Assembly: GCA_964487475.1 (NCBI GenBank)
Contig: CAZAPM010000005.1
Span: 62,001-124,135, forward strand
Direction: 5' to 3'
Origin: an uncultured Planctomycetales bacterium
GTDB lineage: Bacteria; Omnitrophota; Gorgyraeia; Gygaellales; Profunditerraquicolaceae
Length of the DNA stretch: 62,135 nt
The notes under the pieces were generated by a model that saw only the letters and a list, made by a program, of their open reading frames with translations, had not been told where the DNA came from and made no database searches. The translations under genes were made by a program, and so were the position numbers. Below are positions 1 to 8,190 of this stretch, piece after piece (position 1 is the stretch's first letter; every line of letters starts with the position of its first letter).

Positions 1-2
1 AT

Positions 3-278
3 TGCAATGACGATGATGATTGCGAGGATGCGCAGGATGATATTCGGGCATCCGGGAATACACTTTTGACAAATTCCACGGCTTTGCTTTCACAGGCGGA
101 GGAGAAGCTGGCGGCAGCGCAGGAATTGGAGTCGGAGATCGACACTGTTCGCGCCAGACTGAACGTTACGGCGTCGAATACCTCCTCAGGCGAAGAGGAA
201 GAACTGGTGTCAAGGATCGAAGATGCGCAGGAGTGGCGCAGACTTTTGGTCAACGGAACGGATATACTGGGGGATTGA
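3..278 (+). CDS. 3' part of a gene truncated by the window edge; acidic, helical/coiled-coil C-terminus; probably part of the Tad-like operon
   Basis: Frame is open from position 3 (CNDDDDCEDAQDDIRASG...LSQAEEKLAAAQELESEIDTVRARL...) to TGA at 276-278, 2 nt before the next ATG. Confidence 0.7.
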   Translation, partial: CNDDDDCEDAQDDIRASGNTLLTNSTALLSQAEEKLAAAQELESEIDTVRARLNVTASNTSSGEEEELVSRIEDAQEWRRLLVNGTDILGD

Positions 279-280
279 CG

Positions 281-1015
281 ATGAACGTGCGGACGGGGCG
301 ATATAGGGAGCGTGCCGAGAGAGGACAGGCATTCGCAGAGGTGGCGATCATGGCCAGCCTCATGCTGCTGGTATTCGGCGTCCTTATCGCCTACATCCAG
401 AGGTTCAATGACCAGCAATACGCGCAGATGACGGCGTTTCGCAATGCGCTCCGTCAAGCCTCCGTGTACGGGACGGATGAGGGATCGGGCGCAGGGGCAT
501 CGATCCAGTATACCCTTATCGAGAACCGCCGCCATGCGGATGTCTCCAGCGGTTTTCAAAAACGCAGCCCCCAGACCTTCAGCGCCAGCGCCAACGTGTT
601 CTGGGCGATCCCCGAGACGAATTCCAATGCCACCAGCCTTATCGGCTATAAGATAAACGAGGAAGAGTTCATCAAGGATTATGATACCCTTTCTTCCAAA
701 GCCGGAGAGGGAGAGAATTTCCAGACCGGTCAGATCATTACTTCTTCCGACGTGGAGTTCAACGAGACCATGGAGAAGACCGAAACCCCGCAGCAGATCC
801 GTACCGTGCAGAATTCCCGGCTGGAGGAGACGGTGACGACGGTAATTCCTTATGAGATCGTGACGAACGACACTGCGGAGGATGTGGTCAGTAGCGGGAC
901 TTTGATCAGCGTGACCCAGGGCTTATACCGGGACGCAGACGGCCAGTATAAATATCACAGTGATTCGGTGGGGACGGTAGTGGAAAGGGGGAGGTCATGG
1001 ACCACTTCCTTCTGA
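281..1015 (+). CDS. TadE/Flp-type prepilin-like (pseudopilin) protein
   Basis: ATG 281 follows a GGGGG SD-like run. N-terminus MNVRTGRYRERAERG|QAFAEVAIMASLMLLVFGVLIAY has a basic leader, G|Q cleavage site, Glu at +5 and a hydrophobic helix. Confidence 0.75.
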   Translation: MNVRTGRYRERAERGQAFAEVAIMASLMLLVFGVLIAYIQRFNDQQYAQMTAFRNALRQASVYGTDEGSGAGASIQYTLIENRRHADVSSGFQKRSPQTFSASANVFWAIPETNSNATSLIGYKINEEEFIKDYDTLSSKAGEGENFQTGQIITSSDVEFNETMEKTETPQQIRTVQNSRLEETVTTVIPYEIVTNDTAEDVVSSGTLISVTQGLYRDADGQYKYHSDSVGTVVERGRSWTTSF

Positions 1016-1290
1016 TGCCCTATCCACGCGCGCGCAAAGGGCAGAGCCTCCTGGAGTCTCTGATGGCATTGATCGTAGGGATCATCCTTTTGGGCGGGAT
1101 CGTGCAGATTTGGGTCTGGGGCAATACCCAGATCGTGAACCGGCAGCGGGAGTACGAGCGGACCAGGGTGACCGCGGGGGTGTCGGGCGATTATAATTCT
1201 TACAACAGCGCCTGGCCTCCGAATAGAGGGACTTTGGATAGTCTTACGGAAGAGGAAGTGCTGGTTGATTTTCCCGGAGGAGGCAAGTAA
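997..1290 (+). CDS. Small TadE/Flp-type prepilin-like protein (alternative start at 1015 via TGATG overlap)
   Basis: RARKG|QSLLESLMALIVGIILLGGIVQIWVWG: class III signal with G|QxxxE and one TM helix. Confidence 0.75.
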   Translation: MDHFLLMPYPRARKGQSLLESLMALIVGIILLGGIVQIWVWGNTQIVNRQREYERTRVTAGVSGDYNSYNSAWPPNRGTLDSLTEEEVLVDFPGGGK

Positions 1291-1292
1291 CC

Positions 1293-2978
1293 ATGTTCAC
1301 CTTCTTTCATCTTCGCAAGCTGCAGTATGAGAAGGGCCAGGTGCTGCCCTTTTTCATCATGTTCGTGGCGCTCCTGGTGATCATGGCTATGGTCAGCGTC
1401 AACTTAGGGAAGGTGGCGTTCATCAAGACTGACGCGTCCAACGGCGCGGATGCCGGCGCTATTGCCGCCGGCTCGATGATGGCGAATTATTTTAACTCTG
1501 CCGCCAAGGCCAACGAAGAGATGCAGGTGGCCTGGCAGGAATTCTACATTTCCCTGGCCATCGAGACCGGGATCGCTCTCGCTGCCGCGATCGCCGCATA
1601 TGCGATTGTGTCGCAGACGGTAATCACTTCGGCTGCATCCAAATCCGTTGCCCCGAACTCCCCCATTACTGCATACGTGATCGGAGTGAAGGATTGCGCG
1701 TTGACCGGTAAAGCACTGGTGCTTTTGGAGACCTTGGCGACCACCATATGGGGTATGATCATCGCCGTTACCGCGTTCCATGTGGCGCAACTCTATTACT
1801 ATAAGTCTATCCGTAAGATGTTGCGGGAAGGTCGGGAGGTTTCGATTAAAACCGGTCATCAGTTCGTGTTTTTGAACAGTGGGATCGGATCGAAGTTGAC
1901 GGAAGAACAAAGAGATACGCTCGATAGCTTTATGGATGGGCTGGAACATGAGGCGTCTTATACCTTTGACTGGCGGGATGGGCAGGACAGGGATCATGCG
2001 GTGACTTCTCGAATTAGTATTGGAGAGGTGGATGATTTTGAGTTAAAGGTATGCGTGTTGCCTTTGGCAGCTGAGTTGGGGGTGCTGGGTGCGGCCCTGG
2101 TGATCGCCTATATGGCGAAGACTTTCGTCAGCGAATCCCTCAAGGCATATTGCATCCAAAAGCTTCCTTACGCTCCGGATCAGGTGTGCAAGGAATGCTG
2201 TGAAAAAGGCGGTTGGGCAGCGATTGTCTGTTGCCCGTGTCATGTGGTATTGTTGGCGCTGGGCATCGCGGGAGATGTGCTCGGCAACATTTCCGACATG
2301 TATACCATTTCCGGGATGACCCCCGTATTTTACCTGCTTCCCACGGCTCTTGCTGGGGCCGCGCCGGCCTATACGGTGGATGACAGCTGGGCTTCGAATG
2401 GTTTTACTTTCATCATTTGCTGGATCGATGACGTCGATCACGACCGGCTCGCCCGGGCAGAGGCCTGGCAGTCCCATGGCGGGGCGGACCTGGGGTTATG
2501 GCAGACCGGATATCCGAACCGCGCTTCGCAGGGAGGCACGATATACAGCTATGGCGTGTCGAAGTTCGACGGCGGCTCCATCGGTGATTTCGAATTTACC
2601 TTTGATGCGCAGCTGGTGGAAACGGATAACAGGCCAGGGGAATACGATCCTTGTCCCTTTGCCGTAGCCAGAGTCAGGCAGCTAGAGCAGCAGATCCAGG
2701 AGCTCGGGGAAGCGGGGGGCGATTATTTGTCGAACCGTGCCGAAGGCTTAGGAGAGCAAGCGGATCATTTGAGCCAGGCCGTGGGTGGCAGTAACGTTAC
2801 CACCGTACCTGACTCCGTCAACAGCACTTCTGGCTCAAAGACCGGGCTGATCACGGACCTTAACGAAGGTTCGGATGATTTGAATACTACGGTGCAGTAT
2901 AATTCCGAAACCGCCGAGGCTAAACAGGAGAAGATCGACAATATCAAGAGCGCGTATCCCCATTGTGCTTATAATTAA
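1293..2978 (+). CDS. TadG-like pilus assembly protein (Tad N-terminal domain) with extra hydrophobic helices, a Cys cluster and a C-terminal coiled coil
   Basis: SD GGAGG upstream. KG|QVLPFFIMFVALLVIMAMVSVNLG...ASNGADAGAIAAG matches the Tad/TadG N-terminal pattern (GQ, TM, then NAADAAALAGA-like). Contains CKECCEKGGWAAIVCCPCH. Confidence 0.75.
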   Translation: MFTFFHLRKLQYEKGQVLPFFIMFVALLVIMAMVSVNLGKVAFIKTDASNGADAGAIAAGSMMANYFNSAAKANEEMQVAWQEFYISLAIETGIALAAAIAAYAIVSQTVITSAASKSVAPNSPITAYVIGVKDCALTGKALVLLETLATTIWGMIIAVTAFHVAQLYYYKSIRKMLREGREVSIKTGHQFVFLNSGIGSKLTEEQRDTLDSFMDGLEHEASYTFDWRDGQDRDHAVTSRISIGEVDDFELKVCVLPLAAELGVLGAALVIAYMAKTFVSESLKAYCIQKLPYAPDQVCKECCEKGGWAAIVCCPCHVVLLALGIAGDVLGNISDMYTISGMTPVFYLLPTALAGAAPAYTVDDSWASNGFTFIICWIDDVDHDRLARAEAWQSHGGADLGLWQTGYPNRASQGGTIYSYGVSKFDGGSIGDFEFTFDAQLVETDNRPGEYDPCPFAVARVRQLEQQIQELGEAGGDYLSNRAEGLGEQADHLSQAVGGSNVTTVPDSVNSTSGSKTGLITDLNEGSDDLNTTVQYNSETAEAKQEKIDNIKSAYPHCAYN

Positions 2979-2993
2979 CCATAAGGAGCGGAT

Positions 2994-3923
2994 ATGTTGG
3001 ATGTAATGGGACGAAAAGCGGTGATGTGTGTCGGGGCATTTCTGGTAAGCTCGAACCTGGTGGCGTATGCGTTCGCGCAGACCGTGCAGCCTCCTGCCGG
3101 CAGCGAGAGGATAAAGGAACAGGAGCGGATGATGGTTGGCGCGCCTATGCGCATGTTTTACTACAAGACGTCCCGGGATAAGAATTCGGTGTTGCAGTAT
3201 TACCGTTCGCAGCTGCAGAAACAGGGTTGGAAGGAATTCCGGCCGATGGATGTGCTCAAAGAGCTTCCGCTTCCTGAGAGCGTGGATTTGAAGATAGACG
3301 AATCAATGGTTACTTTCGCGGATCAGAACGTGATGTTCTCCAAGGGAGAGGAAATGGTAGTGCTTAATTTTCTGCCCGGGGAGTTTACCAAGGACAAAAA
3401 GACGTATTTCACGATCGCCGAGGGGGCGCCTTTGAGCGACGAAGCTCAGGCGAAGGTTGCTGCCGGCGGAGACGTGTACGTTCCCGAGTTGTTGGCGACG
3501 CCGAAGGAAATGCCGATCGCGGAGTATCCTTCAGCCAAGTTGATCTCGCTGCAGGAGAGTCCGTTGCTTTCTACCGCAGTGTATCATACGCAGGATGCTC
3601 CTCAAGGAGTGTTGGATTATTACCGGGAAAAAGCACAGGCGGAGGGGTGGACACTGTTGGAAGACGTTCCCATGCACGAGGTGTCCCAGGGTACGCTTCC
3701 CGAAGGGGTCGCAGGGGAAGATTGTCCTTCTTGCTCCCATGCGCAGACGCTTCAAGCGGTCGCGCAGTCAAAGATGCAGATGGAGCTCGGAGAGCTGGTA
3801 TATACGAATTCGCGCAAACAGCAGTTACGGATCGGGGTATCGGCTGTGGAATCTAATGCCCAGGGGCTTCCTTCTCCCCTGAAGTTTACAACCGTGGTGG
3901 TGGTTTATGGCCAGGAAAAATAA
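2994..3923 (+). CDS. Exported hypothetical protein with two internally related domains
   Basis: SD AAGGAG. Signal peptide ending AYAFA|Q. Duplicated motif VLQYYRSQLQKQGWKE / VLDYYREKAQAEGWTL. Contains CPSC. Confidence 0.7.
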   Translation: MLDVMGRKAVMCVGAFLVSSNLVAYAFAQTVQPPAGSERIKEQERMMVGAPMRMFYYKTSRDKNSVLQYYRSQLQKQGWKEFRPMDVLKELPLPESVDLKIDESMVTFADQNVMFSKGEEMVVLNFLPGEFTKDKKTYFTIAEGAPLSDEAQAKVAAGGDVYVPELLATPKEMPIAEYPSAKLISLQESPLLSTAVYHTQDAPQGVLDYYREKAQAEGWTLLEDVPMHEVSQGTLPEGVAGEDCPSCSHAQTLQAVAQSKMQMELGELVYTNSRKQQLRIGVSAVESNAQGLPSPLKFTTVVVVYGQEK

Positions 3924-4542
3924 GGCTCAGACTTTTGTCGAGTATGCGATGCTCATCGGCGTGCTCGTCGCAGTGATGGTGGGCATGCGGGTGTATTTCA
4001 CCCGTTCCGTGCAGGCGAAGTATCGCGTGGCCGGGGATTCGTTCGCTGCAGGCGAGCAGTTCGAGCCGGGGGTGACGGTGGTCGAGAACCTGGATGTGGC
4101 CAATCCTCTTCCTGGAGCGGTAACGGTGGAAAGGGGCGATCCCGCGAAGATCCTGGCCGAGAAGATCGCGGACCTGAGATACGAACTGTACGAAAAACCT
4201 TATGAGGATTTAAATATCTATGAGCTTACCGAAGCAGAACGCACTATGATCGGGCTTTCTGCGGATTCAGGCAGCGAGGATGTGTTTGGGTTGGTCGGCT
4301 ACCGTGATGTGTTGCGTGTGAGGGCTTCCGAGGTTGATACGTTGGCGGAGTATCTGAAGACCAGCCTGGAGGCGGCAACGCCGGAAGGCCGGTCGGGAAC
4401 CTTGACGGAGAACATCGAGCAGTTGAGGAAGTCGGCCGATAATCTTCGGCTTCAGGCGACGGATACGCACGCAGAGATCGTGAGGAAAGAAGCGGAACTC
4501 GCGGAACTCGAGCGGCAGTTGAGCGCGTTGGCCGGTCAATAG
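3907..4542 (+). CDS. Flp-like prepilin with a long coiled-coil C-terminal extension
   Basis: MARKNKA|QTFVEYAMLIGVLVAVMVGMRVYF carries the Flp-type EY motif at +5/+6. Overlaps the previous gene by 17 nt. Confidence 0.75.
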   Translation: MARKNKAQTFVEYAMLIGVLVAVMVGMRVYFTRSVQAKYRVAGDSFAAGEQFEPGVTVVENLDVANPLPGAVTVERGDPAKILAEKIADLRYELYEKPYEDLNIYELTEAERTMIGLSADSGSEDVFGLVGYRDVLRVRASEVDTLAEYLKTSLEAATPEGRSGTLTENIEQLRKSADNLRLQATDTHAEIVRKEAELAELERQLSALAGQ

Positions 4543-4570
4543 GACGGTATCAGCGGATAGAGAGGTAACT

Positions 4571-7500
4571 ATGCGTTACACAGGGACAGACAGGTTGAGG
4601 GGAAAGCTCCTGAGGACGGGTCTGTCTTTTGTGTTTTTGGGCAGCATGCTTTTTGCCGATGTTCCCGATGCCTTGGCGTATCGCAGTAGCGCCGGGGGGG
4701 GCGACCATGCGGAAGTGGACTGGGGAGAGATCGGCATGAGCGCAGGTATCAGCATCGGCGGCGCGGTGCTCGGCGCCGTAGCCGGGAGTGCTTGGTCGTC
4801 TGCAAAGGGCGCGACGGATGCCACCACCAAGATTGGCAGGACCGCGCAGACCGTGGGGAACCTGTTTACGAGCACGGATCATATCTCGAAGGGTTTTACT
4901 TCGATGCTGAAGTACGAAAAGATATTCAGTACCGTGGCCAAGGGCTATACCGCTTATATGGCGACTACACAGGTCAGCCGGGCACTGGGAGCTGCGGGAG
5001 CGTATTACGGCTGGGAAGCCGATGATACCTACCTTTTTACCTCTATTGCCAATGCCGGTGTAACGGGTTTTCTTAATCCTTCTGCGTCTTTGGGGGATGC
5101 CGGATCAGTGGCTTCGACGGATTTCACCAATCGGATGGCTGGGATGCTGGTAGGCGGCGCCAGCGGTGCGGCTTCCGGAGCTACCATTATAGGTATTGAT
5201 GGGGATAAGATCAGAAAAGGAGAAAACCCTGGTATTGGCGCGCAGATCGCGGGGACTGCATCGGGAATTGCCGCTACGGAGATTGGTAGGGCAATCGTAG
5301 ATCCCAGCACCTATAAGATCACCGAGCAAAAATACGAGATTAAGACCAAGCCTGTGCTTCAGCCGGACGGCACCTTCCGTGATGTGGAGTATGTGTATCG
5401 CGCCGGGGAATCCACTCCTCTGATGGATCGCGCCCATTACGCGGACCAGACCGGGGTTACCGCCACCAATAAAAATCTGGATTATATGGGCGCCAGTTTA
5501 GGAGCGGGTGTTTTGGACGAAGGGGCAACTGCCCGCGTGGTGACCAGCGACGGTTCTGCCGGCGCGGTGCTACGGACCGGTTTAAGCGACACACAGCTTC
5601 TCATTCAGGATCATACTTTCCCGGGAGATTCCGCGAAGACTTTTTATGGGCCTAACATGGAGCTTTCCTATGGCGGGGATGTTTCTTTGGTCAAGCCCAC
5701 GTTCGGGCAGGTGCTGGGTCGTATCACAGTCGGGGCGTTGAAGAATACTCTTGACCAGTGGCCGACCGTCGCCGGAACCGCCGCCGCATTATACGCCACC
5801 GAAGATATGGATCCTAATTGGAAACCCCTGGTCTATACGGTTGTGTCATCGACCACCTCGCCGATACTCGACAGCGCGGCTACCGTTTGGAGGCTTAAGC
5901 CTTCCTTGTGGGGCACCAAGGACAGCAATCTTGATACCATGCTGGGTAAGAGGCCTGCGCTTATGGAGCAGCGGCAAATGATGGCTGACCGGGCACTTCG
6001 CGTCAAGATCAGCCGGGAACTGAAAGACCTCGATCTTTCCGATACGGTTAACGTGGGGGACCTGAAAAAGAAGCTGTCTGATCTTGAACCGACGAGCCGG
6101 GATAAAATACAGAAAATGTCCGATTCCGAGATCCTCGCGCTTGCAGCCTCAAAGCACCTTTTTAGCGCCGATGCCTTGATCCCGCAGACATTCAAGGGAA
6201 TGTTCTCCGCCTCTGAGAAAAACGAGATATTGAGTAATTTTATCGGGAGGATGGGGAGCGCGGCAACTGTGGGCGATGCCTTCAACGACAAGGTGGCGAA
6301 AGAGAACATATATGATTCCCTTACGGGGGTTTTCTCTCGCCGAAAGGCGGATGGCGGCGTACAGAGCTGGGATCTCTATAAAGAGGCTGGAGGAACACGT
6401 CTGGGAGTTTTTGGTATCGCCGGTGAGAATATCCTGAGATACGATCTGCCCGTGGCCACCCTGTCCGGGTTGATCAATGTCGGATTTAACCATGCGTTGA
6501 TCGCGGCGGGAGCGGATAAGGACGTGATGGATACGCAGGTAGGTACCTTGATGGGGCTTACCGCTGCGAGCATTGCCAGGGGCACGGTCGGATGGGCGTA
6601 TAAGAATTACCTTGATAAAAGGGAGCTGAAATCGATTCAGGGCGGCCAGTATGATCAGATGGTTACCTCTACGCTGAATTACCGGGATCCCGCGGAAATC
6701 GTCATCGCCCGTTTCGAGGGCGACCTGCCCATGCCTCAAAAAACAATTCTCACCAGCTCGGTGTATAAAGATGATAAGGGCGTTGAGCTTGGAGAAAAGG
6801 ACATCCAGGAGCGCTTTAACAGGGCACAACAGGAGCTGAAGGGATACGGTATCAATATTCCCAATGAAGAGATCGATCTGAGCAAGACGGATGTGGAAAG
6901 CGCGCGCCTTAAGGTCGTTTCATATGTTAACGCGTATAACCGTAATCTAGAGCTTCTTAAAAAAGCGCCTGGCACGGGAGAGAGCGGTGACAGCATGCTG
7001 GTTCCTTTGAAGAACGAGTTTGTGGAAGGCGCCAATGTAAAGCCTTTGGATATGGCTACGGCGAGCGCTCTCCTGGCCCCGCTGCAGAATGTCATAGAGC
7101 TCAATACCATCAGGCCGGCAGCGGAGGGGGAGGCAGGGCCCATTCATATATATGCACAGAATTCGGCCTTTGCGAATGTTGATTATGTCGTGAGCCATAT
7201 GGACCAGGACGGTAAAGTGATCAGCACGCGGCGGGTGGATAATCTCGGGGAGCGTGGGCTTTCAATGTCCGATACGCTTTTTACGGTAAAGGACGGAAAA
7301 CTTGCCGAGCAAAAATATTTCATGCTTAATGGTGTGCCGGTGGATCAACAGAATGTCCGTGTGGATGTGGTATCTGAGAGGGTTCCTCTTTCTGCGGCGA
7401 TCTTCGGAAATTTACAACAGGGTATCTTTGAGATGGGTTGGCAGACCCTGGCAATGGGGCTTCCTGCAACAAAGGGCGGGAAAATGAGCTCATATGCCTG

Positions 7501-7936
7501 GAATTCCTATCGTTCCTATCTTAATAGTGTGGCTATTAGCGCATCACGGCAGGGATTCTTCAAGACCATGAGGGAGCAGAATATTGATGTGATGAAGGGG
7601 TCGGAGACCTCCAGCAGCGGTATTATCGAAAATTTTGGAGTATCCATTATCGGCAACACTCCATTCGTGAACAAGGCGGTGGCTATAGCGCCGTATGTAC
7701 CTGTAGCGGGATACAAGGGGATGCCATATTCGGAGTTGGTGATCGTAGAGACTGGTATGAACCGGGCTAGAGAAACATTCTATCCGAATTGGCCGTATAA
7801 TGCAATACGGGCAATTCCCAGCGATCAATTTGCCAGATATTTGAGATTCAATTTAAGAGCCTCGCAAATTAATCCTGCCGAGACAGCATATCAGACCGAT
7901 GATCGCGATTTAGTTACAAGGCCGCCTTCAAGATAA
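4571..7936 (+). CDS. Large exported/membrane-associated hypothetical protein (1121 aa) with Gly/Ala-rich hydrophobic helices
   Basis: SD GAGGT. Signal-like N-terminus (LSFVFLGSMLFADVPDALA). Several GxxxG-rich helices (GMSAGISIGGAVLGAVAG; AGMLVGGASGAASGA). No family recognised. Confidence 0.75.
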   Translation: MRYTGTDRLRGKLLRTGLSFVFLGSMLFADVPDALAYRSSAGGGDHAEVDWGEIGMSAGISIGGAVLGAVAGSAWSSAKGATDATTKIGRTAQTVGNLFTSTDHISKGFTSMLKYEKIFSTVAKGYTAYMATTQVSRALGAAGAYYGWEADDTYLFTSIANAGVTGFLNPSASLGDAGSVASTDFTNRMAGMLVGGASGAASGATIIGIDGDKIRKGENPGIGAQIAGTASGIAATEIGRAIVDPSTYKITEQKYEIKTKPVLQPDGTFRDVEYVYRAGESTPLMDRAHYADQTGVTATNKNLDYMGASLGAGVLDEGATARVVTSDGSAGAVLRTGLSDTQLLIQDHTFPGDSAKTFYGPNMELSYGGDVSLVKPTFGQVLGRITVGALKNTLDQWPTVAGTAAALYATEDMDPNWKPLVYTVVSSTTSPILDSAATVWRLKPSLWGTKDSNLDTMLGKRPALMEQRQMMADRALRVKISRELKDLDLSDTVNVGDLKKKLSDLEPTSRDKIQKMSDSEILALAASKHLFSADALIPQTFKGMFSASEKNEILSNFIGRMGSAATVGDAFNDKVAKENIYDSLTGVFSRRKADGGVQSWDLYKEAGGTRLGVFGIAGENILRYDLPVATLSGLINVGFNHALIAAGADKDVMDTQVGTLMGLTAASIARGTVGWAYKNYLDKRELKSIQGGQYDQMVTSTLNYRDPAEIVIARFEGDLPMPQKTILTSSVYKDDKGVELGEKDIQERFNRAQQELKGYGINIPNEEIDLSKTDVESARLKVVSYVNAYNRNLELLKKAPGTGESGDSMLVPLKNEFVEGANVKPLDMATASALLAPLQNVIELNTIRPAAEGEAGPIHIYAQNSAFANVDYVVSHMDQDGKVISTRRVDNLGERGLSMSDTLFTVKDGKLAEQKYFMLNGVPVDQQNVRVDVVSERVPLSAAIFGNLQQGIFEMGWQTLAMGLPATKGGKMSSYAWNSYRSYLNSVAISASRQGFFKTMREQNIDVMKGSETSSSGIIENFGVSIIGNTPFVNKAVAIAPYVPVAGYKGMPYSELVIVETGMNRARETFYPNWPYNAIRAIPSDQFARYLRFNLRASQINPAETAYQTDDRDLVTRPPSR

Positions 7937-7964
7937 GTCCAATCTGCATTATTTGTCCAATCTG
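7937..7964. repeat. Direct repeat GTCCAATCTG x2 (18-bp period) immediately after the stop codon
   Basis: gtccaatctg at 7937 and 7955; a related pair lies at 10349/10369. Confidence 0.7.
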
Positions 7965-7996
7965 AGCGTTTTTGTTCTGAAAGCGCTCTCTTTTTC
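7964..7996 (+). terminator. Intrinsic terminator of the Tad-like operon
   Basis: Stem GAGCGTTTT / AAAGCGCTC with a 7-nt loop, followed by TCTTTTT. Confidence 0.6.
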
Positions 7997-8009
7997 ATTC
8001 TTTTATCTC

Positions 8010-8038
8010 TTGAAACGATATGATAAATCGGTCATAGT
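8010..8038 (+). promoter_or_regulatory. Putative sigma70 promoter upstream of riboswitch 1
   Basis: TTGAAA-N17-CATAGT ending just before the aptamer. Confidence 0.4.
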
Positions 8039-8042
8039 TTAA

Positions 8043-8138
8043 GTACGAAAGGTAAACTCATCGAAAGGTGGGGGCACAAAGCCACGGGTCCTCACGAAAT
8101 GGTTTTTTGTGTTTTGGGGATAGCCGGGTTGCCACTAT
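8043..8138 (+). ncRNA. Cyclic di-GMP-I (GEMM) riboswitch aptamer
   Basis: GAAAGGTAAACTCATC-GAAA-GGTGGGGGCACAAAGCCACGGGTCC...GGATAGCCGGGTTGCC matches the GEMM-I consensus (GGYAAAC, GNRA loop, RCAAAGCC, AGCCGGGTTGCC). The position-20 equivalent is G (c-di-GMP type rather than cGAMP type). Confidence 0.9.
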
Positions 8139-8180
8139 ATGCTTCTAAGGGCAGAGTAGTGATGACCGGCTCTTTTTTTT
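8122..8180 (+). terminator. Riboswitch expression platform: terminator overlapping the aptamer 3' end
   Basis: AGCCGGGTTGCCACTA can pair with TAGTGATGACCGGCT, followed by a run of 8 T. Confidence 0.75.
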
Positions 8181-8190
8181 GAGGTGCCCC

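Noticed and set aside
3722..3740. CPSCSH as a c-type heme motif
   Set aside because: It is CxxCxH, not CxxCH.
8179..8190. TTG start at 8179 for the 722-aa ORF
   Set aside because: It lies in the terminator U-tract; the SD GAGGTG points to ATG 8191.
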